Assembly (NCBI GenBank): GCA_013239625.1
Contig: MU054187.1
Location: forward strand, 9,941,231 to 10,005,230
Direction: 5' to 3'
DNA from: Lama guanicoe
Taxonomy: Eukaryota
DNA: 64,000 nt
Shown: positions 1 through 13,166 of the stretch, one piece after another
How positions within the stretch are numbered: the first letter of the stretch is position 1
Layout: every line of letters begins with the position of its first letter
Translations under genes and position numbers: made by a program
The notes under the pieces: model-generated
What the model was told of the DNA's origin: nothing
The model's database searches: none
The model's input: the letters and a program-made list of their open reading frames with translations, nothing else

Positions 1-149
1 ATTGTACAACTCAGTGGTTTTCAGTATATTTACAAGTTTGTGCAGCCATCACTGTTGTCATCATCTGAAAATGTGATTTGATTGTGGAGTCTTGAGTAAG
101 GAAACCTTACCCAAAATGGAAGTTTTTCTTAAAAAATTAAGATTATTTT

Positions 150-302
150 ACATAGTTTCTGTTTGGGATGATGCAAAAACTCTGGAAATGGATAGTGGTG
201 GTGGTTGTACAACATTTTGAATGTCCTTAATGCCAGTGAATTGTATGCTTAAAAATGGTTAAAATAGGAAATATAATATTTGTATATTTTATCACAATAA
301 AA
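150..302 (+). mobile_element. Old L1 (L1M-type) 3' UTR fragment
   Basis: gtttctgtttgggatgatg..ctggaaatggatagtggtggtggttgtacaacatt..tatcacaataaaa is a typical L1M 3' end. Confidence 0.75.
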
Positions 303-884
303 ATTAATATTCATTTATATGACATCAGAATTGGTAGCTTAACTTTAAAAGTTTTTGGAAATTTCAGCCTAAGCCATGCATGGCCCTAATAATTTTTTTT
401 AAAACATGTTATGACAAGATATATATTAAAAAGATCACATTATTTTCACAGATTTAAAAACAGACATTAAAATTGTTTTAGGTATTTTAAGAGAAATTTT
501 AGTAGAACTAAGAAGTAAAGGTAATTGACTTTAATTTTACTGTCTTTCAAAACGCAAGATGCCAAACAATGCAGAACCATTTATGGAAAGGGAGAAGTAA
601 ATATAATACACTCCTATCTGTTTATACATGTATAAAAAGTCTCTGTAAGAAGACACAGATACAGTAATGTTGGCTGTTCTGGGCAGGAACTGGGTGGCTG
701 GGATTCATGGGTAGGGGGGATATTTTCCATTATGTGAATATATTACATGTTGAAACAGTTCAAATAAAAAATTGCCCTGATCCAAGTCTCAGAATCAACA
801 TGACTGTGTTCCTTCCTACTGTGGTTTGTTACAGGAGATTGTACTGAAGTTGAGATTGGTTTGAAAATGAGCTATGTTGCTTAA

Positions 885-1025
<141 letters not shown>

Positions 1026-1754
1026 TAGTTTGGTTTTATGCTTCAGAATTTACCTCCTGAGTTTGTTTTCCTAAGGTTTTAGTCATATGCATTAGGTTTT
1101 AGGTTTTTAATGGTATCTAGCAATGGGGTATTGTAATTAATTGACATATATGGCATCTATCAATGCCATATAGATAGAGAAAAAAATGGTGCTGAGAGCC
1201 AGTGCCAGGGAATAACACAGACTCTTGACCTTTGAAGTGGGGCAGTGGGTTCTAATTTCAAATGAGATTTTAACTTCTGGTGGTTTGTGTTTTCTATAAA
1301 GTTGTCATGGTTTAAAATAGCCCAGTTATGATTTCTTACTCCTCTACTCCCCTCAGCCGTGTATTAAAAGGACATGTGGAGTTCTAGTTGCTAATTATTT
1401 TCCTGTGAGCTAAGTTTATAAAACTTCATTTAGCGTATTTACATAACCACCAAAGTCTTTGCTTTATGATTTAATGTGGTTACTTAGAGAAACTCTTGTT
1501 TTAAGTATATTTTTAAAATTATAATAGTTAAGCTAATGATTTATTGTAAATTTTAAAATGCAGTTTACTTATTAGGTTATAAATTTATTTTAAACAGTCA
1601 TCATGTTTCTAGTCATCCCAAGATATTCTATAGTTACTTTACTACTTTATAATGTTTATTCCAAATGTTTAAATGGTCTCTAATTCTGATTTGCACATGG
1701 AAAGAAAGAACTTCGAATACATTTTATCAATGATTTGTTTCCCTTGACTTTTAG

Positions 1755-1778
1755 GGTATTACACAAGCAAAAAAAAAG
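1755..1778 (+). CDS. CSPP1: CSPP1 microexon 2 (24 nt): GITQAKKK
   Basis: cccttgacttttag acceptor, AAG|gtaggg donor, phase 0-0; resembles recalled human GITQGKRK. Confidence 0.85.
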
Positions 1779-3569
1779 GTAGGGTTGCCTGCAAAATGTT
1801 CTTCTTTAATTTTTTTTGTTTGTTTTAGGTGTAGTGGCTTGTAATCATTTGCATTTATGATTGTTACTCTCAAACTAATAAGAAAAGTAGCTTCATTTTA
1901 TGGTTCAGAGACTTTTGAATGGTACCGTTTTGCATCCTTGCTTTTAGCAAAATGACCATCTATATGAGTTTCCATTGATACAGTCAAGCATTCTTTTTGA
2001 TTCCTGCTTTGCATTTGTTTTTGTTACTTTCTTATGCATCCTTCAGAAATATTCTGCAGCTGTTGTAAATCCATTTGTTTTCACCATGCCAGCTTTTGTT
2101 CTTTAAAATAATTATAATTATGCTAATCACAGTAAGATTAGTAAAATACTAGAATATTCAAGATATTCTAAGATATTTTTGCACTGTGTGTTGTCAGTTT
2201 GGATTACTTGATATTTTTGCACCCAAACCTGTGGATTACATTTGTAAATTTATATTGGAGAACAAAGAGAAACAGTTAAAATTATAAAACTGTTTCTAAA
2301 AAGAATCCCACACATCCATTCATCATTCAGCCAACACTTTTTTAAACACTTATCATGAAGATGAATCCGGTATGAATCCTGTCTTCAAGGGACTTAGAAT
2401 CTAGAATCTAGTTGTAGAAATAACATTCATACAATTCAGAAAGTGATAACTCTAACAGGACAGACATAATGCTCTGGAAAGACCTCAGGGTCTAATTTTG
2501 TAAGACATAGGATAGGTAGAATTTGGATATTCTGGAATGTGAACTGGGGAGAGGAGGCTTTTCAGATAGAGAGCAGTAGAATGAAGAAGGATTTGGAGGG
2601 CAGACCAGCTGTGTATGAATGAGATAGATTAGGTTTACCAGCCTGAGTTACAGTAGATTTTTTTGAGAGTAGTAAGAAATAATGTAGATAGGTAGGATAG
2701 GATCAGATTAGAAGGCAGCAGATTTTTAACTTGATATGTGTAATCAGCAGTGGTGACCCATTATACCCCCTTACACAGCTTGTGAGGAGCTTGATAAATT
2801 TGCTTTAGGCCAGCTGGTTCTGCGTGTTAGACACTCTTATCTTATTGTCTTAAATTAATGCTACGGATTTTTAAGGGATCTCCTTGTACTAATTCTCAGT
2901 CCATTCCAATGCTGCTTTCCAGAATGATCCTGTCCCTTACCAGTTTAAACACTTCAGTGTCTTCTCAGTGCCTTCAGGGTAAAAATCCAAATCCCTTAGC
3001 ATGACGCATGAAGCCTTTCATAGTCCAGTCAGCTTCGCTGGCCTTGTACTTCATTACCACCCCTTCCCCGCTGCTCATTACTGGGTGGTGTTTTCCTCTA
3101 GGATCTGTCATGTTCACTTATGGACTTTACAGTACTTTATAGATACAAGGTTTTAGAAAAGAATGGAGGTGGCAGGTATAAGAAGAAATTGCCTTTTATG
3201 AAAGAGAAAGAATCAAGGAGCACAAGTCTTTAAATACAAAGGGATGTGAAAGAGTTTTTGGTGTTGGATTATCAAGAATATAGTTGTGGTGGAGGAACAG
3301 AAGTTCCTTAATATTAAAAAGACAATTTTTGAGAAGGTGGGAGTGAAGAGGAGAGCAGGCGGAAAAGAAAATTACGTAGGATATTGGGGAGGTGGCCGCA
3401 GGGGCTTCTTTGACCCCTGGAATATATAGTTTCCAAGTTCCATTCTTTCTGGATTTCTTGTGACTTCCAGACTTCTGGGTTGTATGGACATTTAAATTAA
3501 AAATTAATCAAATCTTAGAATTTTGCCAAGGAGAGCCACTAAAACAAACAACTACTATCTTCTTTCTAG

Positions 3570-4040
3570 TTTTTAAAATAAAAGACACTTGACCATCTAA
3601 CACAAAAAGGACATATTCTCAGAACTGATTCTTTTTAAGGAGTCAGTATATTTGTATTTCCAGCCCAGACCTCTCTCCTGAATCTCAAACTCTTCTAGTT
3701 GGCAGCCTGTTTGACATTTTCACTTAGAAATCATGTGGGTGTCCTGTGTTAAACATGTATAAAGGGAACTCCAGATTTCTGTTCTTCCCACTCCCATTCC
3801 CCGGAAGCTATGCTGCCTGTAGTCTTGTCTTGTCTTTTTTTTTTTTTTTTTTTTTCCCATTTAACATACCATATAATTATTCTTCATTATGTTTATTATT
3901 TCCTGTCAGTTTCCCCTGTTGGAATATAAGCTTCAGGAAGGCAAGGATATTTTATTTCTTCACTGATGAGTCCCAGGTGTACCAATCTGTTTGGATGTAC
4001 TAGGCACTCTATATTTATTAAATGAATGAATGAATGACTG
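3570..4040 (+). mobile_element. L2 LINE 3' fragment
   Basis: tccagcccagacctctctcctgaa core and the terminal taggcactc..aatgaatgaatgaatg L2 tail. Confidence 0.7.
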
Positions 4041-4739
4041 AAATTCAGCTTTTTGAAAAACTATATTGTCCTTTTTTTTTTTTTTCCATTTTGTTGAAAC
4101 TTACAAATATCTTCCTGGACCTGTGTTGGGAGTGAGGAATTGTCCGACGGAGTTAGGATGTTGTATCTTTGTCTTCACAGGGTTGAAACTCTGTTTTTTG
4201 GTACATGTATAACTCTAAAAAATGACTAGGTTTATAGTTTACATTGGTATATGGGGGTTATTAATCAGTTTTATTAATTACTTTGTTCATATAAGGTTTT
4301 GAGTGTAACTCTTTTATAGTACATTATATTGTAGCTGTTTCCATGTTTATTTCTCTAGCTGAATTGTAAATCTCTCAGATATAGGGAATATATGCTGACT
4401 TTGTCTCCCTACCACCTACAGAAGTAACTAGAAAGCATTAGATGGTTGATAATTACTTGTCTCATGAATAAATAAAAGGCATGGAACTAGACAGGCTAAT
4501 AAGTATTGATTGATTTAATCCTCGGAACCTAATGCTGCAGGTGTGATTATTCCTGTTTTGCAAAGAAACAGAGGCAGAGAAGTATAATTCTCCAGATTAT
4601 ATGACTGCTACGTAACAGTACCAGAAAGTTGGATGTTATGTGTATTTTTTACAAATCCCTTGTGTTTGTGTTATAGTGTTCAAAGAGATTTTTACATTTT
4701 TTTTTAGCCTCCTTGATTCTTATACCGGCTTTGATAAGG

Positions 4740-4900
4740 CAGAGCAGATACCATTCTCATTTTATGGAAGAAGAAAAGTCTGAGTCAGGGAGGTTAAGTG
4801 ACTAGCTTAATGTTGTATAACTGAGAAGTGTTGGGACTGGTTCTAGAGCCTAGGTCTTTTGATTCCTGGTCTAATGCTCTGTCTGCTACACTGCATTACC
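4740..4900 (-). mobile_element. MIR SINE
   Basis: ctcattttatggaag..gaggttaagtgact..ctagagcctaggtct matches the MIR core in reverse. Confidence 0.65.
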
Positions 4901-5194
4901 TAAATGCTTAATGAACAAGAATGGAGAGACACGTAAAGAAACAGTGTTCATAGTTTATATTTTCTGGCATTTAAGTAGTTATCCACTTGTATAATTGCAA
5001 GGAAATTAGAAAATTCTGTTTTTTCCAGTTACTTTCTGTATGGTCTCTATACATTTGTGGTTTCTATCTTCATCTCCATTTCATTCTTTTGCTTTGCATA
5101 ATGTAATAATTTAGAACGGAATGTAAGGACACATTTATGAAACATTTTATGAAAGCAATTAGGTAATATATTTTTTTAATGTGTATATATACAG

Positions 5195-5275
5195 AAAAAT
5201 TTTCTATCCACGAGTGAAACAGATCCATCTGCTCTGGGAGTTTCTCTTCCTATTGGTGAGAGATTATCTGCCAAG
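5195..5275 (+). CDS. CSPP1: CSPP1 exon 3 (81 nt): KNFLSTSETDPSALGVSLPIGERLSAK
   Basis: tatacag acceptor, AAG|gtaggt donor, phase 0-0. Confidence 0.93.
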
Positions 5276-6562
5276 GTAGGTGGATAGGAGTAGTTATTGT
5301 GAGTAGTTTAATGAGGCATTAAAATCATGAAAGAGCATACTCTTTATTGCAGTGCAAACAGAATAGTATCATCATTTCACATACTTGTTTTTTTCAAAAT
5401 CTGTGGAGTCTCTAGTGCTGTTTAAAAAATATTTGTAACCATATAATATGATATATTTCTTTAATGTAATGATTAACTGAATATTCAGAATTCATTTTTT
5501 CATCATTGGTTTCTAAACTATAAAGCTCATGATATATGACACAATTAATTATCAGTGAGATGAGTGGATGAGAGAGTATACTGAGCTTTTATGTAGGGTG
5601 AGAGCTGAGGCTAATGTGTGTTTCTGTCACTCCAGAGATACATGTACATGCTCTTAAGATGTAGTAATTAAACACTGTACACCTCTTATGGAGAATTAAT
5701 TCCCAAGCTAGATCAGACATCATGACATAGTATATAAGACAAATGGACAGTAAGTTTCAAAAGACAACCTACCTTCTTTTAATATTTTTTTAGATTGTGC
5801 ATGTCATTGTCATTGAAGGTATTAGATCTCAAGAGTGTTTCCTAATGCAACATTTGTGTTTCAACAGAACATTTACTTTATAATATTTTTAGTTCCTATG
5901 ATAATTTTACCTTCTTGTGTTTAAAATATAACAGGGATCCTTCTTTAAACTTGGGAAAGAAATGGTTAGAAGCAGGTCTTTTGGGAGTGAGGTGTGGAGG
6001 GATGGGAGTTGAAGGCAAGAGATGTCCCTGAGAAAGAAAGTAGGAAAATAAGCTTGTCAGACATCCTTGGAAACATGCTAATGACAGACCTTCTGGCAAA
6101 TATGTTCATATACTTACTAGTGGGAGAGATTTATTTATGAATACTTTTGGCAGAGTGCACCTGGATTGTCTAGGATTGCTTCTGGTGAACAAACATAGAA
6201 TCCAGGGACTTACAGGGCATGGCTTCTAGGAAAGTATCATCTAAACCAATTAAATACTGGAGTATAAAATGGAGGTGTTTCCTAACCAAAGCAGCTCCCT
6301 TACACTAGAGACCTGATGTATTAATCTGGACCTAAGCATGTAGTAAGTCATGTTTTGACGTGGCAAGAATGGACATGGGGAGTTGCATCGGTGGTCTCAG
6401 ACCTCTTCCTGCTTCTCACGGGCCTTACTACTTCTATTCTTGAAATTATTGGAACGCTTGATTCTGGGTAAGATCTCTGATTTGTATTATTAGTCTGATG
6501 AGACATTAGGTACTTTTTTCTGACATTGAAGTTAACATTGCTTTTTGGTTTTCTATTTTAAG

Positions 6563-6661
6563 GAAAGATTGAAACTTGAACGCAACAAAGAATACAATCA
6601 ATTTCTCAGGGATAAGGAAGAATCTACTGAAAAGTTCAGACAGGTAGAAAAGAGTACTGAG
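6563..6661 (+). CDS. CSPP1: CSPP1 exon 4 (99 nt): [33 protein letters not shown]
   Basis: ttctattttaag acceptor, GAG|gtaggt donor, phase 0-0. Confidence 0.93.
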
Positions 6662-7412
6662 GTAGGTTCTTCTTTTAAAGTAAATCTTTAATATCGCCAG
6701 TTGAATATTTTGTACTTACTTGAAAATATTTTTATATTATTAGACATTTTAACTTGGTTTTATATAAATATTTAAAAAGTTAAGCCAAATTGAACCAAAC
6801 ATAGAACATTTAAATACTTAATTTTGTAAATTGTTTCATCTCATGTTGAAGAACTTACCTTGCTTTTTAAATTTAACTTCATGAAGGAGATTTAATTTTA
6901 GAGATTGGTTTTAAGTGATGTTCGTTTATTTTCTTTTTTTAAGTGTTTTTTTTTAAATTGACAGTTTCTAGCTATATGTATATATATTTATCTTTTTTTA
7001 TTTCAAATTTTAGAGTGTTACTACTAGGTTACACTAGCCTATGTTACTATTAGGGCAAAATTTACTACCTTCTTTATTCTTTGTGCTGAGAAGGAATTTA
7101 ATTTGAAATATTTTGAAGCAATATTTAACTGCCAAAATATGCTTAATATCTCCCTGAGATAGTTTATCCTCTCTTTTTGTAGCAATCCATCCATATTACT
7201 ATTGCTATTGCCTGTTTATTTGGTATTTATTAAGTTTTATTAAAGATAGCATTTCCTTGAAGGTTTTTTCCTGAAAATAAGATATTTCTTACAGGTGATT
7301 AAGTCTTAAAGTTGAGATGATAAATAGACTATCATTTGAGAGTTTACTTACCTTTTAAGAAATAGCATCTCTTAAAGGTCTTTTTCTTCTTCTTCTTCTT
7401 TTAATTGACCAG

Positions 7413-7852
7413 CAGAAGAATCAGAGAAATAAAATACCTATTAGCCAGGTTAAACCTGATTTACCTTCACAAATACAGTCATCTCGTGAAAATTCAGAGG
7501 GTCCTAGGAAAGATGTCTTAACTCCTTCGGAGGCATATGAAGAGCTGCTAAACCAAAGACGACTGGAAGAGGACAAATATCGACAACTAGATGATGAAAT
7601 TGAATTAAGGAATAGAAGAATCATTAAAAAAACTAATGAGGAAGTGGGCATTTCCAGTAAAAAACATCAAGGGTTTGCCAGCAAGACTGACATTCTAGAT
7701 AGAAGATTTCGCAGGTTTAATGAGGATCGTGTTTTTGATAAACAGTTTTATAGCCCAGACCAAGATCCTGAAGTAAGTGAAGAAATGGACGAGAGGTATA
7801 GATATGAAAGTGATTTTGATAGAAGACTTTTGAGAGTGTATACAAATGACAG
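7413..7852 (+). CDS. CSPP1: CSPP1 exon 5 (440 nt): [17 protein letters not shown]...[24 protein letters not shown](R)
   Basis: (ttc)n...gaccag acceptor, CAG|gtattt donor, phase 0 to 2; includes the start of ORF-track 7644..7961. Confidence 0.94.
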
Positions 7853-9800
7853 GTATTTACAACTTCATTTTTATTTTCTTTGTTCGCTTAATATTGCTCT
7901 TGTTACTCTTTATCATTCTGTTAGGAAGAAGCAGTTTCATTTGATTTACGTATTTGATTAATTCTAATATGCTGTCAGTTTTAAGTTGAACCATTTTATG
8001 TGCCACTGATGGAACAAAGAAAACACCCAATGGGGAGAAAGGGACCCCATTAAAAGGCTGGGACACTGAAAAGCCACAACCATTATTTAAGAATCAATGG
8101 GAAGTAAACTTTCCCACAGAAAAGAAACTTCCATGTCTCAACCTTGGCACTGAGTGGAGGGAGTAAAAAAGAATTTCCCTGAGAATTTGAACTGTAAGCC
8201 AGGTCTGACTTAGGTTTTCAGGCTGAATTCATGCTGCCAGTATTGTCCAAAACAACCCTGAGGTGAGAATTCGGAGCTGTCTCAGATTCATAATGCTCCT
8301 AGGTGACTGGCAAGAGAAAAATAGCTTCTCTTTGTAATACTTGATTTAAAACCAGGTCGACGGCTATCCCTGTTTCAAATGTTCAAATGTGGGGAAGAAA
8401 AACACCTTAAATAGGTGAAATACAGTTTATTCCTTTAATGTTTCTATGCTCTAAGTATTTTTTTTTATCATTTTTTTGTTTGTTTTTAAGCTTCTTACTG
8501 AGTATTTAAGTCAAATGGCACTACATTTTTTTGATCAGATTTTTAGATGCTTGTCAGTTCCTTTCGATGATAGTTTCTATGAGACTTTTTGTAATTTCTT
8601 AACTGCTACAATTGAGTCTTATTTTATTAAGTCGTTTGTCTTAATACTATAACTGGAGATAGAAATGATTTAGAGACAGGAATATTGTCATTGTCTAGTT
8701 AACCTGTAGGAGTTAAATCTAAATTTTGAGCAGTTCATGAGACCTGTTTCACTTATTAGTCCAAATAGATTACTTTTTTAGTATTTTAGAAAATTTTCTG
8801 AGATGTAATGCTGCATCTTTATTTTTCTAATTATTAATAATATAAAGCCTTTCAGTTCTTTGTCATCTGCTCTTTATTCTGTAGTTATTATGTCCTGCTC
8901 ATCCAATCTTTTTAATATTTAACCTGATCTAGGTAGTTTGAGTGAAGAATTAGAATTTTGCAATGCCAATTGTAGTTTCTCTCTGATTTGGATCTAACTG
9001 TACTTCAGAAAATGCTCCAAATTCTATAATATGTTATATTTGCAAACGTTTAAATCTGAAGGTAGTCAAAGGCTGCCTAAACCAAAAGAAGTCTCAGTTG
9101 GGGAAATGCAAGTGTTCTTGAGCTCTTGGTGTACTACCTTATTTGGACATGAAACTTTTTTTCTTATAATGTCAATTTAACTCTAATGTAATGCATATCT
9201 TTTAAGTTTGGAATTTCAGGAAACTTACTATGATGGTTGTTGCTTTGTTTTAATGTATCTTAATCTATTATATTTATAATTAGTCTCTGATAATTTTATA
9301 TATGAACCTACAAGTGAATTTCAGCCTAATTATTTGAGAACAATCTTACTTTCTTACGTATCCCATAAATGAAATGAACTTTCTATATAACCTTCCCCAA
9401 GTAGTAGTTTAAGTATAAAGATGCAGATGAGTGACAATGATTTCTGTTACATAGTTTAAAGCTTCTTTTATGTATATAGTTTAAAGTTTTTAACCATATG
9501 TCTTAAAAATGTAAATCATTATTATATATTACTTCCATTTTGTTAATGTGTAAACTCTTACATCTCTAAATGTAAGGTTTTTCACATGTCTATGGCAATG
9601 TGAGGTTAAAATTAGATTTCTGTATTTCAGATTTATAGATTTCTTACTTCCAGCAAAAAAAGATTTCACATTGATCATTAGTTTTTATTTAGCAGGCAGA
9701 GTGATTGGTATGAAAAATGACTATTTGTTAGTGAAATTTTTGAGACTAAAGAAATACGTAACTTAATTTGGTCTCTTGCTTTAACTATTTATTCTTAAAA

Positions 9801-10110
9801 CAGTTGTGTCTTGGTATCCAAGGGGGATCAATTCCAGGACCCCTCATGGATATCAAAATCTTCTGATGCTCAGGTAAAATGGTGTAGTGTTTGCATATAA
9901 CCTATGCACAACCTCCGTTATACTTTAAAACATCTCTAGTTTACTTATAATATCTAATACAATGTAAGTGCTATATAAATAGTTGGCTTGTGTGTGGCAA
10001 ATTCAAGTTTTGCTTTATGGAACTTTCTTGAAATTTTTTTCCCCAAATATTTTTGATATGAGATTGGTAGAGTCCATGGATGCAGAACCCCAGATACAGA
10101 GACCTGACTA
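9801..10110 (+). mobile_element. MER2-like TcMar-Tigger DNA element
   Basis: cagttgtgtcttggtatccaagggggat..ttccaggacc start, gcatataacctatgcaca core and gatacagag..gacta end. Confidence 0.75.
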
Positions 10111-13100
10111 TAAGCTATAGTCTTAACCAGAAGTTCTTGACAAAAACATAATTGTAAGTGATTGTGAGGAGTGCAAAATTAATTCTCCTCCAGTCTTCTA
10201 AGTTTCCCTTGTTCTCTTTTTTCTTTTAATAGCAAATAATAAATTCTAGTTTTGATTTTTAATAATTTTTTATTTTTATATTTTTGGTCTTAGTTCTTTT
10301 CTAATTACCCTATAAACTTTTCCATATACCATTATGTATTTATTAATGAAATATTTTACCCACCTTAAACATGGGAAAGATACAGCCCAGGAATGATTTT
10401 ACTTTCTTAAACTATCGTTAATCACTGGCATTATTTTTAAATAGTTAACAAAATGGTTAGCACTTTGTTTGACAGTTGCATTCTGCATGTGTGTAGTTTA
10501 TTGGTACATATTTACCAATTTAAGTAAATTTATGTTTTAGGAGCTTTCTAAAGTTGAATGTAATAGTGTGTTATAATACTTTGAGATTTATGTGCTTTCA
10601 AAAAATATAGTCATCCTAGTTTTTATTATTTATTAACTTGAGCTGTAGGAGTTAATATGTTACCTTATGTTTCATTTTATAACCAGTGTTAATGAGTAAA
10701 AGAAGTTTTTAGTCTTAAAAAATGCTGTTTTTTAGTTTTTAATGTGATTAATGCAGTTAGCACTTACATTTTGTTTAACTCTTCATATTTGTTAGTTTGT
10801 AATCTTAATAGTCATCTGACAAAATTCTGAAATTAGAATCTGAGATAGACTGACTCAATAGATTGAGTGCTTGCTCACTTAGTGTAGGACATTTTAATAA
10901 GTGTGTGCTTAATCTATAAGATATAAATGAGAAATGGCTTGTTAGAACATGAGCTTCTTAATTTGGCATTACTTTTTTTTCTGACAGTAGTTACTTTTCA
11001 TTTATCTTTGGAAGAGCTATTTTCATATTATTTCCCCCACTTTTAAGATGGGATCAATATTAGAAAAACACTGTTACTGAATTAAATGTAAAAATCAGGA
11101 AAGACCTGAAAATGGTGAGAAAATGGTGACCCATAGTTATGAGCTCAGTATTTTTCTTTTAACTTCTATAGTCGAGAATACCCTTAATAGCAGAATTCAT
11201 TCACATTAGAGAAATTTTTGATAGAAAAACAGATGATGTAACCATTATGAATTAGGTGATTTCTTTTAAGGAAGGAGAAATTTGATTCTCCCTGTGAGTT
11301 GTATCAATTGAGGACCAACAGATGGTAAATATTTTATTTTTATAATGCGTCATTCTTGATAACATAAATATTGTAAATTTATTTCTGAAGTAGTTTTTTT
11401 ATTCTGTGGTTTATTAAGGAAAAAGGTAAGTTATTTAATATCATTTAGAAGTTGTTCATTCGCATTCAAATTAACTGAAGATACCTGTGGTTTTAAACAA
11501 CTTGCTTTTCTTCTACAAGAGTAAATTTTTTTTTTAAGGTAAACACTTGTTAATTTTTAGAGTAAACTTGGCCTCTAGCCTATACCTGGTTTCTTTGGGC
11601 ATTGAGATTTGAACCTAATTAACTAGAATTATTGACCCGTGTCTTCAAGAAAATAGAGAAAAAAACATTTTCCATTTAACGTAGTTTTAACTCCTTTTTT
11701 TGATGGTAGAATGGTAAAACTATTTTACAGTTATTTTATTCCCTCAATCAAATTTGATTTGATATATCAAAGGAAATAAATTCTTTTCTTTTATGAGGTC
11801 TGTCCCTTTCTGAAAGAAAAAAAACAACAACAGTGGATTGAGGTGTTGTAAGTGAACCTTGAGAGCCATAGTATGTTTAGATAGATTTGTTCGGAAGCAC
11901 AGGGATTGTTTTAATGTGCTACTGGCTCTCAAGCTTTGGTTAAACAGAATGGGCTTCTCAAGACAAATTGGCTCTAAACTGAACTGTTGGACTTTGACCA
12001 GAATCAGGCTGTTCTTAGATGCTTAGTGAATTCATTACTTGTGAGTATTATCATCTGTCAGTCGCCCCTTAATGCTGAGAGGACTGAAGAGGGAGATAGA
12101 AATGGTAAAGCCACCGCTGGCTCTTAGCAGTTCCTGTCTTCAGAGAGGACTTCATTTGCTTCAGTAAAATTTCTAAAATAAATTCTAAGACCAGCATAAA
12201 AGGAGTTAAAATGAACTAACCGGGACAGTTAAGAGTGATTAAATGCTAAAATTATTAGAAATATGAAAGAAAGTTCAATAGATGAAGGAAATTCCATTAC
12301 AATTATAGGGACATTTTAATAGAAAACAAGATCGTTAACTTTCCAAACTACAGTTTGACTTCACAGCTTGTTAGGTTCCCTTCTAGGTTTTTTTGTTTGT
12401 TTGTTGTTGTTTTTTAAGGTATTAAATTAGTAACTTAAAAATATTTATGAATCTCTATTTGTGAGTAGTAATTTTTTCCTTGATTAACAAAATCATATCA
12501 GTCATTTCATAAAATTAAATAGGATGTCTTAAGATTTTGTTTCATCCTTTTTAGTGAAATGCATGTTTTTTGGTTTTGTTCTTTTTTGGCTTCTTAAACA
12601 TTTCTGTCTTGATTTTATTGTGAATGTAAGTGACAAAGGGGGCTTTTATAATTTTATTAATGACTGAAAGGGTATATACCTTAAAGTATCTTCTGTATGA
12701 TGTATTCATTAGGAAATTTTGTGATTTTACTATAGAATTTAGCAAAGAGATCTTGACTTTATAAATACGTAAAATCATTCCTTAAATTTCTTTAATTTAG
12801 AATGAACTTTGAAAATGACCTTCTGTGCTTATGATGCTTTCTTTATTAAGATATATCTATATATACTGAAGAAGCTATAAAACAGTGTAGATTCTTTGGG
12901 TATAGCATACTTTGGGTACAGCTGTATGAAGGTAAGTTAGAACTGCAAGTCCAAATGTTGTCTTTAGATAACTGAAAATATAAGAAGCCACAAACTCTTC
13001 GATAAATTTTAGAATTTTTGTTTGAGTAACCTTTAATTCTGTTTAATTCTGATTTAATCCCAAGTTGTGTTTTTAAAAATGTATAACTTTAAATGTGTCT

Positions 13101-13166
13101 ATATTTGAAAACTTTCATTGGTATAGGCACCACTTTATCATATTAACAAATCCACTTTTGTCTGTT

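Noticed and set aside
6641..6649. Internal in-frame donor CAG|GTAGAA in exon 4
   Set aside because: Weaker than the GAG|GTAGGT donor 18 nt downstream, and the intervening VEKSTE matches the recalled protein.
12108..12125. CTCF-like motif (gccaccgctggctc)
   Set aside because: Core spacing is one base short of the CCASYAGRKGGC consensus.
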